DNA from: Planctomycetota bacterium
GTDB taxonomy: Bacteria; Planctomycetota; Phycisphaerae; WQYP01
NCBI GenBank assembly: GCA_021851715.1
Contig: JAJZCR010000005.1
Coordinates: 2,329 to 66,328 of the forward strand
Reading direction: 5' to 3'
DNA: 64,000 nt
In this document: positions 45,187 through 54,710 of the stretch, piece after piece
How the letters are laid out: every line of letters starts with the position of its first letter
Position numbering within the stretch: the stretch's first letter is position 1
Notes under the pieces: model-generated
What the model saw: only the letters and a program-made list of their open reading frames with translations
Database searches by the model: none
What the model was told of the DNA's origin: nothing
Translations under genes and position numbers: made by a program

Positions 45187-45996
45187 ATGCCATCGGCCGA
45201 GGAAATTCCACTGGATCGGCAGCACACCAGGTTGACCTGGCGCATCCTCTGGCGCACGACCCTGGTGTACACCTGGTTCGGTCTTTACTTGTTTGTCCTG
45301 GCAGTGCTGCTCGCACCGCTGCTGTGGCTGGCGGGGGCGACTTGGGATCCGCAGCGCCGTCTGGCCCGCCGCTGGACCCGGGCCTTTTACCGCCATGCCA
45401 TGCGCAGCTACTGCGGCTCTCGAATGGTTATTGAGGCTCTCCCGGGTCAAGCTATTCCGGAACCCTGTATTGTGGTGGCAAATCATCAATCCGCCATCGA
45501 CATTCTTTTGCTCTTTCAGCTCTCTCCTGATGCCCGCTGCTGGGCCAAGGATTGGCCGTTTCAAAAGCCGTTGCTGGGTTGGCTGATGCGGCTTTGCGGC
45601 CATCTGCATGTCGATAATCCAAACGTGCTGCAGAAGGCGGCGGAAAGTATCCGGCAAGGCGTGGGGATGTACGTGTTTCCGGAAGGTACGCGGTCGCGCA
45701 ACGGGCGGCTGGGCCGATTTCATGATGGCGCTTTTATGTTGGCGGTGCAAACCGGCGTGCCCATTGTGCCAGTGGCTATTTGCGGCAGTGGGCGTTGCAT
45801 GACCCCCGGTTATGTGGCCATTTTCGACGTCCCAATTTCTGTCAGGCCACTGGGAATTCTCTATGCTGATCCCACGGTTCCCAAAGCCCACATGGTTTTG
45901 AAGCGACAAACTCACAGTTTGATCGCCGCTGCTCTCGACGCAGATGGAACCTCCCATGCGATGGACGACCGCAGGAGTCAAACCATTTCTACGTAA
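45187..45996 (+). CDS. Lysophospholipid (1-acyl-sn-glycerol-3-phosphate) acyltransferase family protein
   Basis: HX4D 'VVANHQSAIDILL', 'VFPEGTRSRNG' and 'GVPIVPVAI', with an N-terminal TM helix. Confidence 0.8.
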   Translation: MPSAEEIPLDRQHTRLTWRILWRTTLVYTWFGLYLFVLAVLLAPLLWLAGATWDPQRRLARRWTRAFYRHAMRSYCGSRMVIEALPGQAIPEPCIVVANHQSAIDILLLFQLSPDARCWAKDWPFQKPLLGWLMRLCGHLHVDNPNVLQKAAESIRQGVGMYVFPEGTRSRNGRLGRFHDGAFMLAVQTGVPIVPVAICGSGRCMTPGYVAIFDVPISVRPLGILYADPTVPKAHMVLKRQTHSLIAAALDADGTSHAMDDRRSQTIST

Positions 45997-46160
45997 CTGG
46001 CAAAACTTAAACATCCGGTGTCACGACAGGGCGGCGCAAGTTATCCGAAATCCCTGACTTTCAACACGACGAACGTTTCCACAAAAATGCTTAAACTGTC
46101 ACTGTCCACGGTCCGGCCGTAACATGGGCCTCTGGTTCGCCGATATTCGCCATAACAATG

Positions 46161-46189
46161 TTGGAAGCAGGTGATGCAAAGCTTATAAT
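46161..46189 (+). promoter_or_regulatory. Sigma-70-like promoter TTGGAA-N17-TATAAT upstream of the hot-dog dehydratase gene
   Basis: TTGGAA at 46161-46166, a 17-nt spacer, TATAAT at 46184-46189, and the ATG 34 nt downstream. Confidence 0.4.
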
Positions 46190-46222
46190 GGATGGAGTAG
46201 CTGGCAGATTCTGCGGGACGCG

Positions 46223-46642
46223 ATGGAAAATTTAGCTCATTTTATTCCCCATCGACCTCCGATGCACTGGCTGGATCAGGCGTGGCTGCAGGAAGATGGA
46301 TCCATCGGTGCACGCTGGACCGTTCCGGATGACAATCCAGTGGTCAACACACTGCTGCAGGGACACGTGCTTCCGCCATCGGCACTTCTTGAAATACTGG
46401 CCCAAACCGCCGCCTGCAAGGCCGGACTCGCAGCGTGCCAGGACCACGCACGTGTTCCTGCTGGCCGTCTGGTGGCCATTGAATATCTGTCGTTTCAGGC
46501 ACCCATACAGGTGGGCGATACGTTGGAACTCAGGATAAGCGTGTTGCGACAGTGGCAAACATTGTTGAAATGCCGCCTGTCCGCCACGGTACGTGGAGAA
46601 GTAGCCGCTCAGGGTGTGGCAACATTTGCATGGGTTGCGTAA
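46223..46642 (+). CDS. Hot-dog fold (FabZ/ApeI-like) 3-hydroxyacyl-ACP dehydratase
   Basis: 'FIPHRPPMHWLD' resembles the PHRxPxLLxD motif of FabZ-type and aryl-polyene dehydratases. 139 aa. Confidence 0.65.
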   Translation: MENLAHFIPHRPPMHWLDQAWLQEDGSIGARWTVPDDNPVVNTLLQGHVLPPSALLEILAQTAACKAGLAACQDHARVPAGRLVAIEYLSFQAPIQVGDTLELRISVLRQWQTLLKCRLSATVRGEVAAQGVATFAWVA

Positions 46643-46844
46643 CGTCACTTTCCTTGACTGCGGTGCATGATTCGGTTAATGTTGATGTGTCGGCGTTTCT
46701 TGTTGTCGGAAAATGAGGTTGCTTTGCCGTCCGCAAAAAAAAAGCAAAGCGGGCTACTCATTGGACTTCGTTGATGACAGGCTATCCCCGCGTACGGGAA
46801 AGCTTTTTTGCCATCAGATTCAACTTGCTTAAGGAGTAATTTTT

Positions 46845-47327
46845 ATGGCATCGTGTGCATCTACCGACGGTAAAAGCCGTGAAGCTGAACATCTCACCAG
46901 CCTGGGGATTCTACTGGTACGAGTAGTCCTGGGGATTATTTTCATTTATTATGCCGGCCAACATGCCTTCGGATGGTTCGGCGGACGCGGAATTGGAGCC
47001 TTTGCCAATACTCTTGCTCATGATCATTTTTCCATACTGTCTCCACTGGTGTGGGCATGGATGTCCGCCATTGCTGAATTGGTCGGTGCATCGCTGATCA
47101 TCATTGGTTTGGTTTCCCGGTTGGCGGCGCTGCTGATGATTTTGGACATGTTCGGGGTGCTTTGGGCGCATTGGGCTGAAGGCTTCGGCGGCACCGATTT
47201 CAATATCGCCCTGATCGCCATGGCCGGTTTGGTCCTTATTGCCGGACCGGGGCAGATTGCCGTTGATTACATGATTCGCTGTTCGCACAGGCAGCCACAA
47301 CCCACCGGTTCTCCGGCTGCGGCTTGA
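46845..47327 (+). CDS. DoxX-family membrane protein
   Basis: Four TM helices, 'RVVLGIIFIYYAGQHAFGWFGG' and 'ELVGASLIIIGLVSRLAALL'. Confidence 0.7.
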   Translation: MASCASTDGKSREAEHLTSLGILLVRVVLGIIFIYYAGQHAFGWFGGRGIGAFANTLAHDHFSILSPLVWAWMSAIAELVGASLIIIGLVSRLAALLMILDMFGVLWAHWAEGFGGTDFNIALIAMAGLVLIAGPGQIAVDYMIRCSHRQPQPTGSPAAA

Positions 47328-47494
47328 ATACCGCCCAACGGAAGTTGATTGCGGCTAAACCTGAACCACTGACACGGCCTCATCGAACCTGATACATGGT
47401 AGTGTCATTGGCTGGGGGCAGCCTGCGGGCATAGATTGGCCATGGCCCGCTGCCGCCTTGCCTGCTTGAAGCAATCACTGGTGCTGCGGGATGG

Positions 47495-47980
47495 TTACTT
47501 GCCACTCTTGGGACCAAACGTGTGGCGCAGGTAATTAATGACTTGCCAGCGCTGTTTGCGACTCAGCGAATCTTGAAAACTGGGCATGGGGCTTTTTCCG
47601 CGGGTAATCTTCCAAAAAATAGCCCCGTCCGTCTGTTTCCAGAATTTGGCGGTGGTCAGATTCGCCGGGTGCGGACTTAAAAACGCACCCGTCGGACCGT
47701 CGCCTTTGGCGTTGGCACCATGGCAGGCTACGCAATTCTGCGTAAAGATGGATTCGCCGGCGCTGATGGATTGGGCGTTTATCGGAATCGGGTTCTTATG
47801 TTTGGATGCGGAATGTGGAGCATTCCAATGTGAAAACATTCCCGGCTTTGGAAACATGGTGGATTTGGGCATGGCTCCCAGTGTCAGCATGGCTGCACAA
47901 GCCGCTGAGATCAGAGGTACCTTGGAAGACTTGAAAAACATAGGCGCAATCTCCATTAAAATCTTGACCTCACGGTCCAA
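47495..47980 (-). CDS. Class I c-type monohaem cytochrome
   Basis: Signal/anchor sequence, a single 'CVACHG' haem-binding motif and a distal Met in 'GKSPMPSF'. Confidence 0.75.
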   Translation of the reverse strand: MDREVKILMEIAPMFFKSSKVPLISAACAAMLTLGAMPKSTMFPKPGMFSHWNAPHSASKHKNPIPINAQSISAGESIFTQNCVACHGANAKGDGPTGAFLSPHPANLTTAKFWKQTDGAIFWKITRGKSPMPSFQDSLSRKQRWQVINYLRHTFGPKSGK

Positions 47981-48056
47981 ACCGACGCCGCAGACCGATA
48001 TAGTACAGCCAGATGGGTGATAGAATCAAGTAACCGGACCTGCTGGTCCGATTTTA

Positions 48057-48163
48057 GTGGTTAGAGCAGTTCTCATAAATAATGTCGCATGTTTTAAGGT
48101 GATGTGTTGTTCCTTATGTACGAATATATACCACACATGCGACAAGACTTTTGAGAACCGCTC
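48057..48163 (-). repeat. Copy B of the hairpin-forming element of about 107 nt (partner at 13439-13546)
   Basis: 102 of 107 positions are identical to the reverse complement of copy A. It lies 148 nt downstream of the outer-membrane-factor stop and upstream of the cytochrome c gene. It contains a perfect 9-bp internal helix GTCGCATGT/ACATGCGAC. Confidence 0.85.
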
Positions 48164-48310
48164 CAGGCCTTTCGATAGCTCGGTCGGTGGTGGCTGTTTT
48201 GTTGACTTGGTTTACAGCCACCCATCCAAGAAACAGCCATATTTCGAGCTAGCCCTGCAGTGTATCGACTTTCAATATCTCACCCTCACCATGGCCCGGT
48301 GAAATCCGCG

Positions 48311-49732
48311 TCACCGGCCAGGGACACGTAGTTCGCCGTGGACAGTTTTAACCGGAGGCCGCTCCATCGGCTCGGCAATGATGGCGTCGATATCCGCAAT
48401 CCGTTGATCCAGATCGGTTTGCAGAGCGACCATGGTCTGCTGGATTTGCAGCATGGTCTGGTCCAAACGAAGCTGCTGGCCGATGGAAGCCCGGCCTTGT
48501 TGGTAAGCCGCACGTGTCAGAGCTGCCATCATCCGCCGGCGAGGCAGAATATGGCAGCGAAAAAGTATTAATTGGCGGTGATCATTGCGCATAGCAATCA
48601 GATCGATGAGGAGTCGGGCGGCCAGAATGTTATATTGACCGCGCCAGGCGGCGCGGGTGGCGTGCAACTGGTCTCGTGCCTGCCGGATGGAGGCATTGAT
48701 GGCTTGATAGCGCAAAGCCGGAACTATCAGCGCCCCGGTGAAATTTTGTACGGTGCCATCCAGCGACGTCGACAGGCCGATGTCGAAATTGGGGATATAT
48801 TGCATTGCCGCACGGCGAATGCTGATACGGCCCGCCGCAGCCAGCTTACGCAGCCCCTGGAGCTTCGGATTCCGATTCACCGCCGTAGCCAATAGCTGAT
48901 TGTTGCTCACGGCAGGCACCGAGAGTTCGGCAATGGCTTGCGGAGGCTTCAGCGGCATATCGGCCGGTCGGCCCAAAAGGGCGTTAAGGGCAGCCAATTG
49001 CCGGGGCAATTGGTGGGTCAGCGCCACAATTCGGCTGCGCAGCAAATCAAGGCGATTTTGTCCGGAGAGCCATTGTTGCGGCCTGACGGTGCCGGTTTTT
49101 ATTCCGGCATGATTCAGGGCAATCGCACTTTGCAGCAGGGATTGCTGTCGCTTGGCCAGTTGCAGAATTACCGCAGTTCGCGCGTAGTCATACCAGGCAT
49201 CGAGCACGTTGCGGCGAAGTGCAAAGCGACGGGCCTGATAATTCCATTCGGCGGCCACAGCCCGCAACAGTGCGATCCTGGCATCGGCGGATATCTTGGA
49301 CGGCCATTGGATATCCGCACTGCCCATATTACCCGCTCCGACAGTGGTGTTGGACAAGGAAGCCGCCCCGCGGCTTAACAAGGTACCCGCATTAAGCATC
49401 AGGGTGGTGGTTTGAGTTCCGGCCTGCGGAATGTTTTCAATGGCAACGCGCCACTGCCAATAGGATTGCTGCACCTGCGGGCTATTGCGCAGCGCGTAAT
49501 GCACCAACTGGCGAGGTGTAGCGTTGAATGGCAAGGGCGGCGGATGGCGCTGGGCGAAAGGCTTGGCAAAGGCCTTCCCGGCGACTTGAGCTTGCCGGCG
49601 CAGTTTGCCTTCACCCGCCGGATGCACCGTACAGCCTGCCAGGCCAGTGAGGGCCGCCACCACCATGATCGACAGCCATGGACAGTATCCGTGCCAGTGA
49701 CGCATGACCTTGGGCCGGGGTGAAATCAACAT
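48311..49732 (-). CDS. Outer membrane efflux lipoprotein (TolC/CusC/CzcC family)
   Basis: Lipobox 'LTGLAGC' and two OEP repeats. An ATG overlaps the RND stop by one base (TGATG), so I start it at 49732 (alternative ATG at 49705). Confidence 0.8.
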   Translation of the reverse strand: MLISPRPKVMRHWHGYCPWLSIMVVAALTGLAGCTVHPAGEGKLRRQAQVAGKAFAKPFAQRHPPPLPFNATPRQLVHYALRNSPQVQQSYWQWRVAIENIPQAGTQTTTLMLNAGTLLSRGAASLSNTTVGAGNMGSADIQWPSKISADARIALLRAVAAEWNYQARRFALRRNVLDAWYDYARTAVILQLAKRQQSLLQSAIALNHAGIKTGTVRPQQWLSGQNRLDLLRSRIVALTHQLPRQLAALNALLGRPADMPLKPPQAIAELSVPAVSNNQLLATAVNRNPKLQGLRKLAAAGRISIRRAAMQYIPNFDIGLSTSLDGTVQNFTGALIVPALRYQAINASIRQARDQLHATRAAWRGQYNILAARLLIDLIAMRNDHRQLILFRCHILPRRRMMAALTRAAYQQGRASIGQQLRLDQTMLQIQQTMVALQTDLDQRIADIDAIIAEPMERPPVKTVHGELRVPGR

Positions 49733-52700
49733 CATATATGGGATCCTGTTTCGAAATTGGATTCTGGTGGAACCATGGTCGAAGCGCTGCATTGTTTTTG
49801 AAGCTGCCACCCCATCACGATGTAATACAAGGCCGGCAGCACCAGCAATTCCAGAATAAACGCGGTACCCAGGCCCCCTATCATGGGTGCCGCCAGGCGG
49901 CGCATTACCGAGCCACCCGCACCTGTGGCCCACAGCAACGGCGTCAAGCCGATGAGCGCGGCACAGGCGGTCATGGTCTGCGGGCGGATGCGCCGCACGG
50001 CCCCGGTATAAACGGCGTCAAAGAGATCCTGTTGGCTTTCAAGTCGGCCATCGTTCCGCGCCTGCTGCAAGCTCACATCCAGATACAGCACCAGCACCAT
50101 TCCCATTTCCACCGTTAATCCGCACAGGGCGATAATGCCCACCCAGACCGCCACCGACAGATGATAGTGCAGGAAATACAAGGTCCATGTCGCTCCCACC
50201 AGGCCGAAAGGAATGGATAAAAGCACGCCCAGCACGCGGCCCACGCTGCCGGTGGATACCAGCAGCAGAATGAAAATAATCAATAAAACCATGGGCACCA
50301 CCAGTTCAAGGCGGGCATTGGCCTCCTGAATCTGTTTGTACAAGCCGACCCACTGGTACGTGTAACCTGCAGGCAGCGTGATCCGGCGGCGGATGGCAAC
50401 GTTGGCCCGATTCACGTAACCGACGGTGTTGCCGGTGGTGGTGGTGATATTGACGTAATTGACCGTCATGGCGTTTTGGCTGTCGATCTCGGGTGGCCCG
50501 GCGGCATAACGGATCTGGGCGATCATACCCAGCGTGATCACACTGCCGTTGGGCGTGACGATGGGAAGGTCCTGAAGTTCCGTCGCGCTGCCGCGAAACT
50601 TGCGAAAATAGCGGATATTGATAGGCAGCCGCTGCAAACCCAGCACCATGGTGCTCACCGGATCGCCGCCGACGGCCATGGTGATGATGCGTTGAACGGC
50701 GGCCTGGGTCAGACCGTAGCGCATGGCCTGCAAGCGGTGAATATGGATATCCAGGTAATAACCTCCCAGTGTCTGGTTGGCGATCGCGCTGCCGGTACCA
50801 TCAACTCCTTGAAGCACGCGGGCGATTTCGTTGGACACCCGGCCAAGCACCTTGAGATTTTCGCCAAAGATGCGCATGCCCAGCAGGGTCTTGCTGCCGG
50901 TGTTGGCCATGTTGACGCGATTGGCGATGGGCATGGTCCAATAGGCGGCAAAGCCGGGAATTTTCAAAGCCTCGTTGAGACCCTCATGATGCTTGTTCCG
51001 GGCATCGGTCCATCTATGGAGAAGCTGCTGCAGAGAAAGCCGCGCATGCCCCGGCCAGAAAGTGCGCCGCAGCGGCCATGAAAGCCAGTGCGGCCAGTTG
51101 TCATAAAACCGCGCCACCGGAACCATGGGCCATTGGGTCCGGCGTTTAAGCCGGATGATGGTATCAATCATGTTCAGCGGCGCGGAATCGGTGGCGCTAT
51201 CCGCCCGGCCGATCTGCCCCCAGACGCTTTTCACCTCTGGAAAACTTTTGATAATTTTGTCGCTTTGCTCCAGCACGTAACCCGCCTCGCCGACACTTAT
51301 ACCAGGATACGTGGTTGGCATATATTCCAGATCGCCTTCATATAGCGGCGGCGTAAATTGCGTACCCAGGCGGCTCCATGGCCAGTAAATGGAAACGCAC
51401 AGCGCCGCAGCTACCAAAAGCAGCAGCCACCGCCAGACCATGGCCGCGTTAAAGACCGGACGAAATCCCCGCTGCAGCCACTGGCTTACCAGATTGTGCT
51501 GTTCGTGGATAATCTTCTGCGGCATCACCAGCATCACCGCCAGAACCACCCAGCCCAGCACCAGCCACCATTGGTAGCGTGCTAATTCGTCACTGTGACT
51601 GGCGGCGTTATACAAGCCGATCGCCGGCACGATGATGATCGCCAGCGCCGCGGCCCCCTGCATCCACCAGGGCCACTGCCCTGGGAACAACCGTGGTGTA
51701 ACAAAATAAATCATCAAAATGGGGACGACCGTGATGGAAAGCACCGCCGCGGCACCGATGGCAAACGTCTTGGTCAGAGCCAGCGGGCCAAACATTTTGC
51801 CGCTTTCGCCCGGTAAAATAAAGATCGGTAGAAAACTGATGGTGATAATCAGCAGGCTGAAAAACAATGCGGGACCCACTTCTCCGGCCGCCTCCAGCAT
51901 GATCATGGTCCGGGGACGCGGCGGGCGGCCTTTTGCCACCTGCTGCTCGTCACGGTTGATATGCTGGTGGGCGTTTTCAATCATCACGATGGAGCTGTCC
52001 ACCACCACGCCGATGGCGATGGCAATACCGCTGAGGCTCATGATATTGGCGCTCACGCCCAGCCAATAGAGGATCGCCAAGCTGATGATCATGCTGGCGG
52101 GAATTACGACAATGGCCACCAGGCCGCTGCGTCCGTGCCATAAAAACAGCAGGCACACGGCCGCCACCACAATCATTTCCTCCAGCAGCGTATCGGAAAG
52201 CGTATGAATGGAACGGTTAATGAGGTTGTCGCGGTCGTAACCGGTCTTGAAAAATACGCCAGGAGGCAGACTCGTGGACATGGCGGCGATTTTCTTTTTG
52301 ACCCGTTGCACCACCCGATACGTGTCTGCGCCGGAACGCACCACCACAATGCCGCCGACGACCTGCCCGCGACCGTTCCAATCCAATATTCCCTGGCGCT
52401 GCCCGCCGGCAATCTGCACCGTGGCCACGTCATGCAACGGAATCGGCGTGCCATCAGGGGCTTGCCCCACGGGTACGTTTTCCAGTTGCTTGATATTCCG
52501 CAAATATCCCCGGCTGCGGACCAGATACTGCAATTCGCTTATGTCCACGGTTGCGCCGCCCACATCGTTATTGGACTTCTGAATTGCGCCGGCCACCTGC
52601 CCCACACCCAGGTGGTACGCCCGGAGCCGGTTCGGATTCACCACCACCTGATATTCCTCGGAAAAGCCACCGATCCCCGCCACTTCCGCCACTCCCCGTA

Positions 52701-53373
52701 CCGCGTCCAACTGATAACGCACAAACCAATCCTGCAGGGACCGCAACTGCCCCAGGTTGATGTTGCTGGCAACCAGCGGCTTACCCGACAGAGGCGATTT
52801 TCCGGGGCGGTCAAACGCCCGCACCAGCACCAGGCGGGAGCGGTGCGAAAGCGGCGCAGAATCCCGGTGGGGGTACCATCGATTGGTCTGCGGATCATGC
52901 CAGATTCCTCCGGGGTAACTGCCGCAATACCAGCCGGGATATAACACGTATTGATACGCCCACCCCGCCCCGGTGGCGTCCGGGCCAAGTTCCGGGGTTA
53001 CCCCTTTGGGTAGCAACGCTTTGGCTGAGTCCAGATACTCCAGCACCACATTGCGGGCCCGATACAAATTGGTGCCGTTCTTAAAAACCACCGTCACCAG
53101 GGAATAATCGAACATGCTTTGGCCGCGCACGGCCGTGACATTGGGCACGTGAATAAGCTGGGTTTCCAACGGATACGTCACCTGTTTGTCCACCACTCCC
53201 GGCGTCTGGCCGGGGTAATTCGTAAGCACCAGCACCTGTATGTCGGACAGATCGGGCACAGCGTCAAGCTTGCTGTGAAAAGCGGCCCAACCGGTCGCCG
53301 CCATCACCATCAGAGCCACCAGCAGCACCGGAAGGCGGTTGTGGATCGAGAATTCTATGATCTTGCGTATCAT
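49732..53373 (-). CDS. Heavy-metal-efflux (CusA/CzcA-type) RND permease, unusually long (1213 aa)
   Basis: 'MIRKIIEFSIHNRLPVLLVALMV', 'VPDLSDIQVLVLTNYPGQ', 12-TM topology and the typical 'GIAIGVVVDSSIVMIEN'. Confidence 0.9.
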   Translation of the reverse strand: MIRKIIEFSIHNRLPVLLVALMVMAATGWAAFHSKLDAVPDLSDIQVLVLTNYPGQTPGVVDKQVTYPLETQLIHVPNVTAVRGQSMFDYSLVTVVFKNGTNLYRARNVVLEYLDSAKALLPKGVTPELGPDATGAGWAYQYVLYPGWYCGSYPGGIWHDPQTNRWYPHRDSAPLSHRSRLVLVRAFDRPGKSPLSGKPLVASNINLGQLRSLQDWFVRYQLDAVRGVAEVAGIGGFSEEYQVVVNPNRLRAYHLGVGQVAGAIQKSNNDVGGATVDISELQYLVRSRGYLRNIKQLENVPVGQAPDGTPIPLHDVATVQIAGGQRQGILDWNGRGQVVGGIVVVRSGADTYRVVQRVKKKIAAMSTSLPPGVFFKTGYDRDNLINRSIHTLSDTLLEEMIVVAAVCLLFLWHGRSGLVAIVVIPASMIISLAILYWLGVSANIMSLSGIAIAIGVVVDSSIVMIENAHQHINRDEQQVAKGRPPRPRTMIMLEAAGEVGPALFFSLLIITISFLPIFILPGESGKMFGPLALTKTFAIGAAAVLSITVVPILMIYFVTPRLFPGQWPWWMQGAAALAIIIVPAIGLYNAASHSDELARYQWWLVLGWVVLAVMLVMPQKIIHEQHNLVSQWLQRGFRPVFNAAMVWRWLLLLVAAALCVSIYWPWSRLGTQFTPPLYEGDLEYMPTTYPGISVGEAGYVLEQSDKIIKSFPEVKSVWGQIGRADSATDSAPLNMIDTIIRLKRRTQWPMVPVARFYDNWPHWLSWPLRRTFWPGHARLSLQQLLHRWTDARNKHHEGLNEALKIPGFAAYWTMPIANRVNMANTGSKTLLGMRIFGENLKVLGRVSNEIARVLQGVDGTGSAIANQTLGGYYLDIHIHRLQAMRYGLTQAAVQRIITMAVGGDPVSTMVLGLQRLPINIRYFRKFRGSATELQDLPIVTPNGSVITLGMIAQIRYAAGPPEIDSQNAMTVNYVNITTTTGNTVGYVNRANVAIRRRITLPAGYTYQWVGLYKQIQEANARLELVVPMVLLIIFILLLVSTGSVGRVLGVLLSIPFGLVGATWTLYFLHYHLSVAVWVGIIALCGLTVEMGMVLVLYLDVSLQQARNDGRLESQQDLFDAVYTGAVRRIRPQTMTACAALIGLTPLLWATGAGGSVMRRLAAPMIGGLGTAFILELLVLPALYYIVMGWQLQKQCSASTMVPPESNFETGSHI

Positions 53374-54710
53374 GGCATGGCCTTTCGCTTCGGTGACATC
53401 CGGGGAATAAAGCGGGCCTTGATCTCATTGAGTTGCGATTCCACATCCATCAGGAACTGGCCGCTGGTAACCACTTTTTGGCCCCGTTTCAGACCGGAGA
53501 GAACCTGTACCAGGCTGTGCTCACCGCTCAAACCTGTCTTAACCGCGACCGGATTAAAATGACCGGGCTGCACTTCCACAAACGCCAACTCGCCGGTGCC
53601 GGTGTTCATTACCGCCACACGCGGAACCAGGAGGCATCGAAGAACCGGCTTGGTATGGATATCCGCCAGAGCATACATACCGGGACGCAATTGGCCGGCG
53701 CGATTATTCAAAATCATGCGGACCGTGGTGTTATGGAACTGCGGGTTCTCATACGGATCAATGAAGCTGATCTTTCCCGTAAAGGTTTGTCCGGGCAGCG
53801 CCGCCAAGGTGGCCGTCACACGCTGGCCCCGGCGAATCCACGGCAATTGATTGTCAAACACCCGCACATTGAGCCACAAAGTGCCAAGGCTTTCGATCCG
53901 CATGGCGGTCGTGCCGGTTTTGATGAAGGATTTCTGCCGGACCCGCACCGCCGTGAGTGTGCCGGCAGCCGGGCTGTAAAAGGTGATGTAGGTTTGGGCA
54001 TGAAGCGTTTTCTCAATGTTTTTGATTTGCACGCCATTGACGCCCAGAAATTTCATCCGCTGTTCCATGGATCGCACCAGTTCTGCCGTGTCGCGGGTGG
54101 CTCCGGCATCGCGGGATTTTCGCAAGGCGAGCACCGCCTTCCGCGCCGCAATAAGTTCTTCCTCCGCAGTCACGATAGCCGGGCTGTACAGCGTGAATAG
54201 CGGTTGACCACTGGTGACGGCGGTACCGTTGGTGGTGGCGTAAAGCCTGCCAATCCAGCCATCGGTGCGCAAATTGATACTGAAGCGTTCCGGGGCGGCG
54301 GCCTGCAGATAGCCGACCGCCCGGATGGTTTTCCGCAGCGCACCCTCCGTCACCTGCGCGGTTTGAATGCCCATATCCTGAACTATGGCTGGATCCACAT
54401 GGACCTGCCCCGCCGGGGCGAGCTTCCGTGTGGAAGCGTATACGGGAATTAATTTCATACCCATGGAACTTATGCCGGGCTTGTTGGAGATAGACGATGG
54501 TCCCACCATCGGATCCCACCAATACAGGATCCGGCGTTTGGAACCATGGGCCGCCTGCGTCGATGGCTCTCCACCGGCAACCCTTGCGGTACCGTTTTTT
54601 AAGCCCATCCATCGGCCGATCGGGCGATGATTCCACGCCCCAATGGCAATCCCGATGAGTCCGCCCATGGCTATTGCTAAAATGACCAGCAGTGTTTTGA
54701 GAACCTTCAT
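53370..54710 (-). CDS. RND efflux periplasmic adaptor (CusB/CzcB-like membrane fusion protein)
   Basis: Signal anchor 'MKVLKTLLVILAIAMGG', then a lipoyl/beta-barrel pattern ('GQPLFTLYSPA', 'FVEV..G.F..V.VKTG'). ATG at 54708-54710 after AGAGGA. 4-nt overlap with the RND gene. Confidence 0.85.
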   Translation of the reverse strand: MKVLKTLLVILAIAMGGLIGIAIGAWNHRPIGRWMGLKNGTARVAGGEPSTQAAHGSKRRILYWWDPMVGPSSISNKPGISSMGMKLIPVYASTRKLAPAGQVHVDPAIVQDMGIQTAQVTEGALRKTIRAVGYLQAAAPERFSINLRTDGWIGRLYATTNGTAVTSGQPLFTLYSPAIVTAEEELIAARKAVLALRKSRDAGATRDTAELVRSMEQRMKFLGVNGVQIKNIEKTLHAQTYITFYSPAAGTLTAVRVRQKSFIKTGTTAMRIESLGTLWLNVRVFDNQLPWIRRGQRVTATLAALPGQTFTGKISFIDPYENPQFHNTTVRMILNNRAGQLRPGMYALADIHTKPVLRCLLVPRVAVMNTGTGELAFVEVQPGHFNPVAVKTGLSGEHSLVQVLSGLKRGQKVVTSGQFLMDVESQLNEIKARFIPRMSPKRKAMP

